Shown here: one piece after another, positions 44,210 to 55,353 of the stretch
How positions within the stretch are numbered: position 1 is the first letter of the stretch
How the letters are laid out: the number at the start of each line of letters is the position of its first letter
From: Alphaproteobacteria bacterium
Lineage (GTDB): Bacteria > Pseudomonadota > Alphaproteobacteria > MPNO01 > UBA830
Direction: 5' to 3'
NCBI GenBank assembly: GCA_964291215.2
Contig: OZ219791.1
Coordinates: 3,072,001 to 3,136,000, forward strand
DNA length: 64,000 nucleotides
Made by a program: the position numbers and the translations under genes
The notes under the pieces: generated by a model
Databases searched by the model: none
Told to the model about the DNA's origin: nothing
Seen by the model: only the letters and a program-made list of their open reading frames with translations

Positions 44210-46033
44210 GTGCGCAGCACACAGGCGCCCGCGTTGTCATCTGCCTTGTCGTCTGTGGCTGAAGCGCACGGCCGTTGCGTTGGCGCCGGCCTTCTCGACA
44301 GTGATCTCGTAGTGCCGGGCGACGGTGAAGAAGCGCTGCTTGAGACCGCTCTCCGGCACCTTGTCGTGGCGCCGGCCCTTGGCCGAGAGGTGGGAGCGCC
44401 AGGCTAACTGGTAGGATGTCGCCGGGTGAGAGTCCCGGCAGGAAGAGAGGCTAACCACCACTTCCTCCGTGAACCATGCGTCGTGAGGCGAAGCGTTGGG
44501 GAGCGGCAAGCCGGGCTATTGAGCCACGAGAAACTGTGAAACCGGAGTGCCGAGGTCGTGGCCGAAGGCAACACCCTGCGAGCCGCGTTTGGTGAGGCGA
44601 GCAGGGGCTCCGCGGGGTCTGAGAACCATGGCTGAAGCAGGGACCTGGGAGGTCTTGCCCCACTGTCGTAGAGGGGTCGCAGAGGAAAGGAACTATTCCG
44701 TAACCCGATGATGAACGAGAAGTCAGATTCGGCCATAGTACCGTCGAAGGCGGCGAACAAGGGCTCCTCGGAGCCTGCGGAGCTGCTGGAGGGAGAGGAA
44801 ATGCGGTTGACCCGCGCCGCGCGCAGAAGCGGGTCACAGGCGGCGCATACGACAAGTTGCGAAGAGGAATCCGGAAGAGCGTCTTGTGACGTTGCTCCAC
44901 CACGTGATGTCCTGCACGCGGCGTTTCACTCCTTGAGAAAGGACGCGGCAGCGGGCGTGGACGGAGTTACGTGGCACGCGTATGCGGAAGGTGTGGAACT
45001 GGTCGACCTGCCGTGTGCACAGGGGCGGGCGCCTCCGTCGGGTATACATACCCAAAGAGGATGGAGGGCAACGACCGCTCGGCATTGCCTCGCTGGAGGA
45101 CAAGATTCTTCAGCGGGCAGTGACGGACACGATTCTGGTACCGCGAAACGGAGTTCCTCGGGTTCAGTTATGGTTTCCGGCCGGGGCGCACAATGCGCTC
45201 GATGCAGTCACGGTGGAACGGCGGAAGGTCAACCGGATCGTTGACGCCCCTTCGACAACCGCTACCACTTGGTCGCGATGCTCGAGAGACAGATCGGGGG
45301 GTCTGATCATCAAGTGACGCTGGCGTCATGGAGCGACACCGATGCTGGTTCGCCGCAGAGCGCAGCCCCTGTCTGGCGAACGTTTACCTGCACTACGTGA
45401 CTGGTTTCAGAACCATTGGCGCAAACGGATGACTGACACGATCATCGTGCGCTATGCGGATGATTTTGTGTGCGGCTTTCAGTATCAGGGCGATGCGAAG
45501 CGCTGGGACCTCGGGGAGAGGTTGGCTCACTTGAACTGCACCCGGACAATCATCGAGTTCGGTCGGTTTGCGAGAGCGAACCGCCGGAAGCGGGGGCAAG
45601 ACGTTCGACTTCCTCGGTATGACGCACTATTGCGAGCAGACGAGGAAGGGCAAGTTCAGGGTTGGCCGCAAACCATCCCGGAAACGGGCACCCTGCGGCG
45701 GATCAAGGAGGCGTTGCGCAAGCGGTGGCACGACAACCGGCACAAGACGGCCAAGTGGCGAGTGATCAAAGGCTGCTACTACGCCGTTCCGGGAAGCAGT
45801 GAGTCCCTGCAGGGGTTCATATACCAATGCAAACGGCTGCGTGCCCTTCGGCGGCGTTCCCAAAAGGATCGCACCGAATGGAGGGACATGGACACCTTCA
45901 TCGAAGCTTACTGGCCTAAGGCCAGCATCCGTGGCCAAACCAGCGCCTTGTCGTCAGGGGAGGAGCCGGATGCGAACAGCGCAAGTCCGGATCTGTGCGG
46001 GGGGACCGGGGAAACCCGGTTCCCTACCGCGAT
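44210..46033 (+). mobile_element. Group II intron (bacterial class E-like) with decayed RT/maturase ORF
   Basis: 5' GTGCG; RT pieces AAGVDGVTW, RRVYIPKEDGGQRPLGIASLEDKILQ, IIVRYADDFVCGF, TFDFLGMTH; domain V/VI GAGCCGGATGCG..CGCAAGTCCGGATCTGTGCGGGGG..CCCTACCGCGAT. Confidence 0.9.
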
Positions 46034-46971
46034 AGCTTTGCCGCCTCGAAGCCCTGCGGCCAGGAATGGCGTCCTCGGCCCTCTTCCTGCTCTCGCTGAC
46101 CACGCCTCGCCATCCTCGCTGGCGCCTGCACCTCGCGGTTGGTGATCAGCCTCGGGCCCACCCTCGGGCGGCGCCGCCCGCGATCCAGCCGTGCTCGCCA
46201 CGCGATGTTCGCCTCGGTGCCGGCGTCCATGACTGCCGTCGGCTTCGCCGCCCGCCTCCAGCCTCGCCAGCGCATCCGTGCCCGGCCACGTTGCCCGGCA
46301 AGACCTCGTAACTGCGCCGAAAGCCCGCGCCGCGCAAGCGTGGGGCAATCATTGCGCTTCTGCTTCGAGCGCCCGAAGCGGGGGAGCTTGCCGTCGGCGC
46401 GGCCGTGAACATTGGTGAGGTCGCAAAAGGCGATGGTGTCGGGGATGCAGCGCGCGCTCGCGGTTGAACAGCTCCTGGCGGCCCGGTGGCGCAGGTCGCC
46501 GATGCGGTACAGCGTCTTGCGCGCCTTGCGCTCCAGATCCGGAAGCTCCGCGATCGCGCTGTCATCGCGCAGCCGGCGCTCGCTGGCGGATCATCCTGGC
46601 GACGATCAGCGCACTCGTGATGCCGAGGTCGTGAAGCGCCTCGAGGCACAGGCAGCCGACCGAACGCGGGTTCTCGAGGCTGTCGAGGTTGACGGTCGCA
46701 ATTTGCGTGCGTCTTCCTCCGGAGCGTCGGCGCGGAACCTCCGGGCCCCTGTTGACGATGTCCTTGGCTGCGGCCGGCACGCGGCTTCGAACAGCGGCGG
46801 GCGGCCAGCGCTTCGGCGGCAACCTCCTTCCAGTTCTTGCGCGCCACCGGACAGTCGGTACCGAGGCAGGGTGCGCTGTCTGACCTTGTCGCCGATGCGT
46901 TGAGAAAGCACGAGTCGGTGGACGGGTTTGCCGTCTGCGGTGCTGCGGGTTTTGGTTGCCCTGATGAACAT
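46034..46971 (-). mobile_element. IS1634-family transposase pseudogene (5' part)
   Basis: MFIRATKTR..HRLVLSQRIGDKVRQRTL, FDLTNVH..FGRSKQKRNDCP, VMDAG.EANIAW. Confidence 0.75.
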
Positions 46972-47409
46972 GTTGTCTGGAGCCTTTTGTGTTGACGAGG
47001 CTCCGGATATACCGGGTTTGGCGGCGGGGTCGAGCGAATCTGCAATATCCTGGCACTGCACCGGCCATCCCGGGCAGGAAATCGCAAATACTGTGGGAAA
47101 CTGCACATGGAAAACCAGTATATGGTGTTTCGGACGGGGCTGCCGCATCAATTTCGCCTTCAACTGACGCAAAAAGTGCCAACTTGGGAAATGAAATCGT
47201 GCCGGCAGTGAGCTTGGGCAGCCCCAGCGAATGGCCGGGCCGGCAAATTCCACCGGCAGCTGCCCGCGGGCCTGGCAGGACGCGCGAGCTTCGCCTGTAA
47301 GTTGCAAGAAGAGGCGACGGTCCTTAGTATTCGGGTGCGGAAACATTCGTCCGGCTGGGCCTCCTTGTCAGAGACCGCGCCTAGCTTCCAAGAATGATCG
47401 GTATCGCTA

Positions 47410-49071
47410 ATGTCATACCATCGTCCGGTGACGGTGTCGGCCGTCCCTGACCTTCAGACACATCTGAAAGCACTGGACGATGCCGGGCTGCTGTATCGGG
47501 TGGACCGGCCGATAAACAAGGACACCGAGCTCCATCCCCTCGTGCGTTGGCAATATCGTGGCGGAATTTCCGAGGACGCGCGCAAGGCATTCCTCTTTAC
47601 CAGAGTTACGGACAGCCTCGGGCGCGACTACGGGATTCCGGTCGTCGTCGGCGCGCTGGCGGCCAGTCAGGATGTCTATGCCGTCGGAATCGGTGTTCCG
47701 CTCGAGGATATAGGTGCGCGCTGGAATCGGGCCCTTGCCGCGCCCGTCGAGCCCGAGGAGGTCGCGCACGCGCCATGCCAGGAGGTCGTCGTCACCGGCG
47801 ACGACCTCGTCGGGGCGGGGCGAGGCCTCGATGACCTGCCGGTTCCGATATCGACGCCGGGCTTCGATTCTGCCCCCTACATCACCGCCGGGATGGTTGT
47901 GACCCGCGACCCCGATACCGGCGTGCAGAATCTCGGCACCTACCGGGCCGGGCTCAAGGCGTCGAATCGCCTTGCAATCCGCATGGCGACGCGCGCAGGC
48001 GGCGCGGGCGGCTATCTGCATTGGGAGAAATACCGGGCACTGGGAGAGCGCATGCCGTGTGCGATCGTCGTCGGCTGCCCGCCGTCCGTCGCCTATACCG
48101 GACCCCAGAAGATCTGGCGCGATGTCGACGAACTTGGAATCGCGGGAGGCCTTGCCGGCGCTCCGATCCCGGTCGTGTCCTGCCAGACCGTCGATCTCAG
48201 GGTGCCCGCCCAGTCGGAAATCGTGATCGAGGGGATGATCGACACCCGCTATCTCGAGCCCGAGGCGCCCTTCGGGGAATCGCACGGGCATATCGCGCTC
48301 GAGGATTTCAACATGGTGCTCGACGTGACCGCGATCACGCACAAGGCGAACCCCGTCTTCTGTTCGATCATCAGCCAGGTAACCCCGTCCGAATCAAGCG
48401 TCATCAAGCGTGTCGCCTACGAACCGATGTTCCTCGTTCACATTCGCGATCATCTCGGCGTGAAGGCAATCCGCGGAGTTCACATGCACGAGCCGCTGAC
48501 CAACCTGCGCCGGGTCATCTTTCTCCGCATGGCGCCAGGTGCCCCGAGGACCGAAATCTGGCGCGCCCTCTATGGCGCAGCCAGCCTGCGCGCGGATTGC
48601 GGAAAGTATGTCATTGCGGTAAATGAGGACATTGAGCCGGACAATGCGGACGCGGTATTCTGGTCGCTGGCCTACCGGGCGGATCCCGACCGGGATGTCG
48701 AAGTCCTTCGCCACCGGGATGCTGGCCATGGCCCCAAGGGTGCGGGCGGCAGCCGTCCCGAGGAATCGACATTACTGATTGACGCTACCCTGAAGCAGGA
48801 AACCGCGCCTCTTGCGCTGCCGAAACGCGAATACATGGAGCGCGCACGCGAGATCTGGGACGAGTTGGGCCTGCCGCAACTTGTGCCCGAAACCCCGTGG
48901 CACGGATACAGCCTGGGCGACTGGAGCGACGAGTGGGACCGGCTGGCCGAGCGGGCGGCAGAGGGGCGCTACCTCGAGAACGGCCGGCGGAGCGCCCAGC
49001 GCCGCCGCGCCGGTATCAAGCCCAATACCCATGTCCGGTCCGTTGAGGACTGGGACGAATTCGACGATTAG
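47410..49071 (+). CDS. UbiD-family (prFMN-dependent) (de)carboxylase 1
   Basis: QNLGTYR, EIVIEG, PEAPFGESHGH, VNEDI..VFWSLAYR. Confidence 0.92.
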   Translation: MSYHRPVTVSAVPDLQTHLKALDDAGLLYRVDRPINKDTELHPLVRWQYRGGISEDARKAFLFTRVTDSLGRDYGIPVVVGALAASQDVYAVGIGVPLEDIGARWNRALAAPVEPEEVAHAPCQEVVVTGDDLVGAGRGLDDLPVPISTPGFDSAPYITAGMVVTRDPDTGVQNLGTYRAGLKASNRLAIRMATRAGGAGGYLHWEKYRALGERMPCAIVVGCPPSVAYTGPQKIWRDVDELGIAGGLAGAPIPVVSCQTVDLRVPAQSEIVIEGMIDTRYLEPEAPFGESHGHIALEDFNMVLDVTAITHKANPVFCSIISQVTPSESSVIKRVAYEPMFLVHIRDHLGVKAIRGVHMHEPLTNLRRVIFLRMAPGAPRTEIWRALYGAASLRADCGKYVIAVNEDIEPDNADAVFWSLAYRADPDRDVEVLRHRDAGHGPKGAGGSRPEESTLLIDATLKQETAPLALPKREYMERAREIWDELGLPQLVPETPWHGYSLGDWSDEWDRLAERAAEGRYLENGRRSAQRRRAGIKPNTHVRSVEDWDEFDD

Positions 49072-49088
49072 GATGAGGAGCAAGCGCA

Positions 49089-50822
49089 ATGGCGGTCAGA
49101 TTCGCAGAAGCCGAGGCACGGGCGCGAGGCTATACCGATCTTCACGAACATATCGAAGAACTGCGTCGGCAGGGGCTCCTGATCGAGATCGACCGGAAAA
49201 TCAACAAGGATACCGAGATGCATCCGCTGGTCCGCTGGCAGTTCCGCGGCGGCATCGCAGAGGAGGACCGGAAAGCATTCCTGTTCACCAACATCACCGA
49301 TGCCCGGGGCCGCAAGTTCGACATTCCCGTTCTCGTATGCGGCCTTGCCGGCAACCGCGCCATCTACCGGACCGGCATCGGCTGCAAACTCAGCGAAATC
49401 AAGGACACATGGATCCGTGCCATCGGCAATCCGATCGCGCCGCGCGTGGTCGATAGTGTGGATGCTCCGTGCCACGAGATTGTCCACCAGGGTGAGGATC
49501 TGGTCAACGGGCATGGGCTCGACGCCATTCCGGTGCCTATCTCCTCGCCTGGATGGGATAACGCGCCCTACTTCTCGTCGTCACACTTCATCACCAAGGA
49601 TCCGGGCACCGGCGTCCAGAACATGGGCAACTACCGGGGCATGATCAAGGCGCCGACGCGGCTCGGCATGAACCCGTCCACGGAACTGCGTACCGGCGGC
49701 TACATGCACTGGCTTGAATGGAAAAAGCTCGGCAAGCCGATGCCCGCGGCCGTCGTTGTCGGCGCGCCGCCCGTGGTCTCGTTCACCGCCGTCCAGAAGG
49801 TTCCCGAGGCCATCGACGAACTCGCGGTGTCTGGCGGGCTGGCCGGCGCGCCGCTCAACGTTGTCGCCTGCAAGACGGTGGATCTCATGGTGCCGGCGGA
49901 ATCGGAGATCGTGATCGAGGGCTACATCAGCACCGAAATGCTCGAGCCCGAGGCACCGTTCGGCGAGTCCCACGGCCATGTCAATCTCCAAGAATACAAT
50001 GCCTACATGGATGTCACCGCGATCACCCGTCGCAGCGACGCCGTCATGACGTCGTGGGTAAGTCAGGTCACCCCGTCGGAATCGAGTACGATCAAGCGCC
50101 CCGCCTACGAGGCCCGGCAGATCGAGCATCTCCGGGATCACCTCGGAATCAAGGGAATACGGCACGTGGCGACGCATGAACCGCTGACGTCGCTCCACAA
50201 ACTCATCATCGTCGTCGTCGAGCGCGGCATTCCGCGCACCGAGATCTGGCGCGCCCTCTACGGCGTAGCGTCGCTGCGTCAGGCAGAAGGCAAGTGGATC
50301 ATCGCCGTCAATGAGGATATCGATCCCGACGACACCGACGCCGTGTTCTGGGCGATGTCCTACAGATGCAAGCCTCACAACGATGTCGAGATTCTCAAAC
50401 ACAAGCACGAGGGGCACGGCCCGCGCAGTCTGCTCGATTCCGAAGACAGCGCGGTGCTCATAGACGCCACCCTCAAGGAGAATTTTCCGCCGGTGTCGCT
50501 GCCGAAACGCGAGTTCATGGAAAAGGCCAAACGCATCTGGGAAGAGCTGGGGCTGCCCAAGCTGACGCCGAAGGCGCCGTGGTTCGGCTACGACCTCGGA
50601 GAGTGGAACAGCGGGCTCGAAGCGATGGCGCGGCGCGCGGTGCACGGCGAGTACTGGACAACCGGCCAGATCATCGCCCAGCACCGCCGCGGCGACGTGC
50701 CGATCAACACCGAAATCCGCACGCTCGACATCGGCAATCCGGGCGCCGGAAGCGAAGGCGAGGAGGCCCTGGAATGGGACGTGCTCGAAGATGCCTCGCA
50801 GGTCCGCGAGACCGATGACTGA
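49089..50822 (+). CDS. UbiD-family (de)carboxylase 2
   Basis: QNMGNYR, EIVIEG, PEAPFGESHGH. Confidence 0.92.
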   Translation: MAVRFAEAEARARGYTDLHEHIEELRRQGLLIEIDRKINKDTEMHPLVRWQFRGGIAEEDRKAFLFTNITDARGRKFDIPVLVCGLAGNRAIYRTGIGCKLSEIKDTWIRAIGNPIAPRVVDSVDAPCHEIVHQGEDLVNGHGLDAIPVPISSPGWDNAPYFSSSHFITKDPGTGVQNMGNYRGMIKAPTRLGMNPSTELRTGGYMHWLEWKKLGKPMPAAVVVGAPPVVSFTAVQKVPEAIDELAVSGGLAGAPLNVVACKTVDLMVPAESEIVIEGYISTEMLEPEAPFGESHGHVNLQEYNAYMDVTAITRRSDAVMTSWVSQVTPSESSTIKRPAYEARQIEHLRDHLGIKGIRHVATHEPLTSLHKLIIVVVERGIPRTEIWRALYGVASLRQAEGKWIIAVNEDIDPDDTDAVFWAMSYRCKPHNDVEILKHKHEGHGPRSLLDSEDSAVLIDATLKENFPPVSLPKREFMEKAKRIWEELGLPKLTPKAPWFGYDLGEWNSGLEAMARRAVHGEYWTTGQIIAQHRRGDVPINTEIRTLDIGNPGAGSEGEEALEWDVLEDASQVRETDD

Positions 50823-50870
50823 CGGGTTCACCGCCGCGCACGCCCGGAACGGATGATGGAGCTGGTTTCG

Positions 50871-52502
50871 ATGTCGGATGCCAACGCCCCGCGCGCCTAT
50901 CCCGACCTTCACGATCACCTCAAGGCGCTCGATGAACGCGGCCTCCTCGTGACGGTCGACCGCGAAATGAACAAGGACACCGAGATCCATCCCTTGGTGC
51001 GCTGGCAGTTTCGTGGCGGACTCGAGGAATCCGAACGCAAGGCCTTTCTGTTTACCAATGTCGTCGATTCGGCAGGAAGGCGGTTCGACATCCCGCTCGC
51101 CGTTGGCGTGCTGGCAGCGAACCGGGACATCTACCGCACCGGCATCGGGTGCGAGTTTGACGAGATCGAGAGTACATGGAACCGGGCGGTCTCCGCCCCG
51201 GTCGAGCCGGTCGAGGTTCGCGATGCGCCATGCCAGGAAATCGTGATTGCAGGCGCGGCGCTGGATGCGCCCGGCCAGGGGCTTGACGGCATTCCGGTTC
51301 CGATTTCGACGCCGGGATGGGACAACGCGCCCTATACGACGCTGTCGCAGTACATCACCAAGGATCCCGATACTGGCGTCCAGAACATGGGAAACTATCG
51401 CGGCCAGATCAAGGGGCCGCGGCGGATGGGGATGAATCCGTCCCTCGAACTGCGTCCCGGAATCTATGTTCACTGGGAGAAGTACCGTGACCGCGGCGAG
51501 CGTATGCCGGCCGCGGTGATCCTTGGCGCGCCGCCTGCCGTGACCTTCACCTCTGCGGTCAAGCTGCCCGAGACCGTCGACGAGCTCTATGTAGCTGGTG
51601 CGCTCGCCGGCGCTCCCATAAACGTCGTCCGGGCGAAAACCGTCGATCTCCTGATTCCGGCGGAGGCCGAGATCGTTGTCGAGGGCTACATCGACACCGA
51701 ATATCTCGAGCCCGAGGCGCCGTTCGGCGAGTCCCACGGCCATGTGAACCTGCAGGAATACAATGCCTACATGGACGTGACCTGCATAACCCGCAGGCGG
51801 GATGCGGTGCTGACGTCGATCATCAGCCAGGTGACGCCCTCCGAGTCGTCCCTGATCAAGCGCCTGGCCTACGAGCCGATGTTCACCCGCCATCTTCGGG
51901 ACCATCTCGGCATCAAGGGGGTGATCCGGGTCTCCATGCACGAGCCGCTGACCAACATCCGCAAGCTCATCGTCGTCGTATGCGCGCGCGACATGGCACG
52001 CACCGAGGTCTGGCGGGCGCTCTATGGGGCGGTTTCGCTCCATCGCGCAGCAGGCAAGTACGTGATCGCGGTCAACGACGATATCGATCCGACTGATGCC
52101 GACGCAATCTTCTGGGCCATGGCCTATCGTGCCAATCCGGCACTGGATGTCGAGGTCCTCAAGCATCGCGACCAGGGACACGGGCCCCGAAGCGCGCGCA
52201 ACGGGGGTGAGGACGCGTCGGTGCTGTTCGATGCGACGCTGAAAGAGGAGTTCCCGCCGCTGTCGCTGCCGAAGAAGGAATACATGGATAACGCGCGACG
52301 CATCTGGGACGAGCTCGGCCTGCCGGAGCTCAAGCCCAAGATGCCGTGGTATGGCTATTCGCTCGGCGAGTGGGATGACGAGTTAGAGGTGATGGCGCGC
52401 CGCGCCGTCGCCAGCGACTACTTTACGACCGGGGAGATTATCGCGCAGCGCCGGCGCAGTGATCTCGTCATGAACACGGAGGTGCGGAAGCTCGAGGACT
52501 GA
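50871..52502 (+). CDS. UbiD-family (de)carboxylase 3
   Basis: QNMGNYR, EIVVEG, PEAPFGESHGH. Confidence 0.92.
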   Translation: MSDANAPRAYPDLHDHLKALDERGLLVTVDREMNKDTEIHPLVRWQFRGGLEESERKAFLFTNVVDSAGRRFDIPLAVGVLAANRDIYRTGIGCEFDEIESTWNRAVSAPVEPVEVRDAPCQEIVIAGAALDAPGQGLDGIPVPISTPGWDNAPYTTLSQYITKDPDTGVQNMGNYRGQIKGPRRMGMNPSLELRPGIYVHWEKYRDRGERMPAAVILGAPPAVTFTSAVKLPETVDELYVAGALAGAPINVVRAKTVDLLIPAEAEIVVEGYIDTEYLEPEAPFGESHGHVNLQEYNAYMDVTCITRRRDAVLTSIISQVTPSESSLIKRLAYEPMFTRHLRDHLGIKGVIRVSMHEPLTNIRKLIVVVCARDMARTEVWRALYGAVSLHRAAGKYVIAVNDDIDPTDADAIFWAMAYRANPALDVEVLKHRDQGHGPRSARNGGEDASVLFDATLKEEFPPLSLPKKEYMDNARRIWDELGLPELKPKMPWYGYSLGEWDDELEVMARRAVASDYFTTGEIIAQRRRSDLVMNTEVRKLED

Positions 52503-52628
52503 ACCTGGCGTTGGACATCAGGCGGCGATGGCAGATAATGCGGGTGCTGGGCGTCGTCGTTTGTCCGGCCAGGCCCCGTGAGCAACTGTCGAAGGCGCAA
52601 GGGCTTCGGCGGCGAAGGAAAGGAAGCT

Positions 52629-54443
52629 ATGAGGCGTCTCAGTGAATTCGATCGTCCGGTGCCGGGCGGCAACAAGCCGATGGAGTGGGTCAGCGATGTT
52701 GCCGCCGAAATGCTTCGGCGGCTCGGGATCAAGTATGTGTCACTCAATCCTGGCGCCAGCTATCGCGGCTTTCACGATTCGCTGGTCAACTATCTCGGCA
52801 ACGCCGATCCGCAGATCCTTCTATGCCTGCACGAGGATCATGCCGTGTCGATAGCGCACGGCTACGCGTCGGTCACCGACGAGCCGATGGGCGTCGTCCT
52901 GCACTCCAATGTCGGGCTGATGCACGGGCTGATGGGGGTGTTCAACGCCTGGTGCGACCGTGCGCCAGTCCTCGTCATGGGCGCGACGGGTCCGGTTGAC
53001 GCGCCGCTCAGGCGGCCGTGGATCGACTGGATCCACACGGCCAAGGACCAGGGGGCGCTGCTCAGGAACTTCGTCAAGTATGACGATGAGCCTCGGTCCG
53101 CCGAGGCGATCGTGGAGACCATGCTCCGCGCAAACCTCATGGCCCGCCAGGACCCGAAGGGGCCGGTTTACGTGTGCCTTGATGCCGGGCTTCAGGAAAC
53201 CCGGCTTCGCGACGGGGAGGTCGAGATTCCCGATGTCTCCCGGTTCATGCCGCCGCCACCACCGCCTGCCGACGCCGCGACGGTGGAGGCGGTCGCCGAA
53301 CTCCTGGTCGGAGGCGGCCGCGCGGTGCTGATGTTCGGCCGCATGAGTGCGCGCGCAGAGGACTGGCAGCGGCGCTGCGAGCTTGCCGAACTCCTTGGCG
53401 CCGGCGTTATCACCGATCTCAAGAACCGGGCCGCGTTTCCCACCGGCCACGCGTTGCATGTCGGTGCGCCATCGAACTGGATAGGCGCGACGGGGCAGGA
53501 GGAGCTGATGGCCGCCGATGTCGTGGTCGCCTTCGACTGGGTCGATCTCGCCGGCTCGCTAAAACCGTTGGCGCCACGTGGTGGTGTGCCGGGAAAGATC
53601 GTGACCTGCACGCTTGACTCCTATCTTCACAACGGCTGGAGCGCCGACCATTTCGGGCTGCCGGCTTCCGATATTCCCGTGCTTGCCGATCCCGATATCT
53701 TCGTTGACCAGCTTCTCGACGCGGTCGGCTCCCGGCTCGGCGGCGTCTCGCGGTGGGACGGCGCGGCGAAGCCCAAATCCGCGCCGCCTGAGAACAGGGA
53801 GAAGTCCCCGGACGACGCGATCAGCCCGCGCGACATCGCGCTGGCGCTGGCCGAGGCGCGCGGCGGGCGGGCGCTCACGCTGACCCGGGTGCCGCTTGGC
53901 TGGGCTTCAGACTCGTGGGAATTCAACGAACCGCTCGACTATCTCGGAAACGACGGCGGCGGCGGGTTGGCGTCGGGTCCCGGAAATGCGGTTGGCGCTG
54001 GCCTTGCCCTCATGGACAGCGAACGCACCGTGGTCGCCATCCTCGGCGACGGCGATTTCATGCAGGGCGGTTCGGCGCTTTGGACTGCGGCGCATTATGG
54101 CATCCCGGTGCTGTTCGTCGTCTCGAACAACCGTTCGAACTTCAACGACGAGGTGCATCAGGAGGCGATGGCGACCCAGCGCGGCCGGCCGGTCGAGAAT
54201 CGCTGGATCGGGCAGCGCATCGACGAACCTGCGATAGATCTTGCCGGCTATGCCAAGGCCCAGGGCCTGCGGTCCGGCGGTCCCGTGACGAGGATCGGCG
54301 GGCTTGCCGACGCTCTCCGCCAGGGCCTCGAAGCGGTTGATGGCGGCGAGCCCTATCTGATAGATGTCGTCGTCAAGCCCGGCTATTCTTCTCCGATGGT
54401 GACGCGGGCAAGTGGTGAAGCCTCGACGGGGACGGCGAGCTGA
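52629..54443 (+). CDS. Thiamine diphosphate-dependent enzyme (benzoylformate decarboxylase/acetolactate synthase-like)
   Basis: NPGAS, LCLHEDHAVSIAHGYA, GDGDFMQG...VSNN ThDP motif. Confidence 0.9.
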   Translation: MRRLSEFDRPVPGGNKPMEWVSDVAAEMLRRLGIKYVSLNPGASYRGFHDSLVNYLGNADPQILLCLHEDHAVSIAHGYASVTDEPMGVVLHSNVGLMHGLMGVFNAWCDRAPVLVMGATGPVDAPLRRPWIDWIHTAKDQGALLRNFVKYDDEPRSAEAIVETMLRANLMARQDPKGPVYVCLDAGLQETRLRDGEVEIPDVSRFMPPPPPPADAATVEAVAELLVGGGRAVLMFGRMSARAEDWQRRCELAELLGAGVITDLKNRAAFPTGHALHVGAPSNWIGATGQEELMAADVVVAFDWVDLAGSLKPLAPRGGVPGKIVTCTLDSYLHNGWSADHFGLPASDIPVLADPDIFVDQLLDAVGSRLGGVSRWDGAAKPKSAPPENREKSPDDAISPRDIALALAEARGGRALTLTRVPLGWASDSWEFNEPLDYLGNDGGGGLASGPGNAVGAGLALMDSERTVVAILGDGDFMQGGSALWTAAHYGIPVLFVVSNNRSNFNDEVHQEAMATQRGRPVENRWIGQRIDEPAIDLAGYAKAQGLRSGGPVTRIGGLADALRQGLEAVDGGEPYLIDVVVKPGYSSPMVTRASGEASTGTAS

Positions 54444-54452
54444 CGGGAGTAT

Positions 54453-55262
54453 GTGATGGCAGACATACTTCAGATCAGGAATGTCTCCAAGACCTATGAC
54501 GTGGATGGGAGCAATCCGGTCCACGCCCTTGACGGCGTCGACCTGACGGTGGCGGAAGGAGAATTCGTTTCCGTCATCGGGCCGTCAGGCTGCGGCAAGT
54601 CGACGCTTTTCAACATCATCGGCGGCCTCATTCCCGATTACGAGGGGTCGGTGCAGATCGACGGCCATTCGGTCGATGGCGCGCACAAGGATGTGGGCGT
54701 CGTGTTCCAAGAGGAATCGACCTTTCCGTGGCGGACGACCCTCGACAATGTCGCGTTTCCGCTCGAGGTCGAAGGCGTCGACAGGGCGACGCGGACCGAT
54801 ACCGCGAAGAGGTTTATCCGGCTGGTCGGTCTCGACGGCTTCGAGAACCACTACCCGGCGCAGCTTTCCGGCGGCATGAAACAGCGCACCGCGGTTGCCC
54901 GCACGCTTGCCTATGAGCCGCGCATCATGCTGCTCGACGAACCGTTCGGCGCGCTGGACGAGCAGACCCGCATGCTGCTCGGTGACAAGATGCTTGAGAT
55001 CTGGACCGAACTGAAGCAGACCATGCTTCTGATCACCCACAACATCACCGAAGCGGTCCAGCTGTCCGATCGCGTGGTCGTCATGACGTTCCGTCCCGGG
55101 GTGATCAAGGAGGTGGTTCCGATCGAACTGCCGCGACCACGGACATCGGAAGTCATCGCAACTCCGGAATTCGGTACTTATGTGGGCAAGCTCTGGACGC
55201 TTCTTCGCGAGGAGGCGTCCCAGGGCATGATCGAGACGGAGGCGCAGATCGCGGCGAGTTGA
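54453..55262 (+). CDS. NitT/TauT-family ABC ATP-binding protein
   Basis: GPSGCGKST, LSGGMKQR, LLDEPFGALD, ITHNITEA. Confidence 0.93.
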   Translation: MMADILQIRNVSKTYDVDGSNPVHALDGVDLTVAEGEFVSVIGPSGCGKSTLFNIIGGLIPDYEGSVQIDGHSVDGAHKDVGVVFQEESTFPWRTTLDNVAFPLEVEGVDRATRTDTAKRFIRLVGLDGFENHYPAQLSGGMKQRTAVARTLAYEPRIMLLDEPFGALDEQTRMLLGDKMLEIWTELKQTMLLITHNITEAVQLSDRVVVMTFRPGVIKEVVPIELPRPRTSEVIATPEFGTYVGKLWTLLREEASQGMIETEAQIAAS

Positions 55263-55353
55263 TATACTGTTCGCCGGCAAGGCGTGAAGTCTGCAGGGTC
55301 CGGCCCGGTAGACTTCGCGGTTGCAAACCAGGGAAATCGGGAGGACTCGACAG

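Noticed and set aside
44800-45950. Retron, DGR or defence RT
   Set aside because: RT pieces lie within clear group II intron ends; no template/variable repeat or effector seen.
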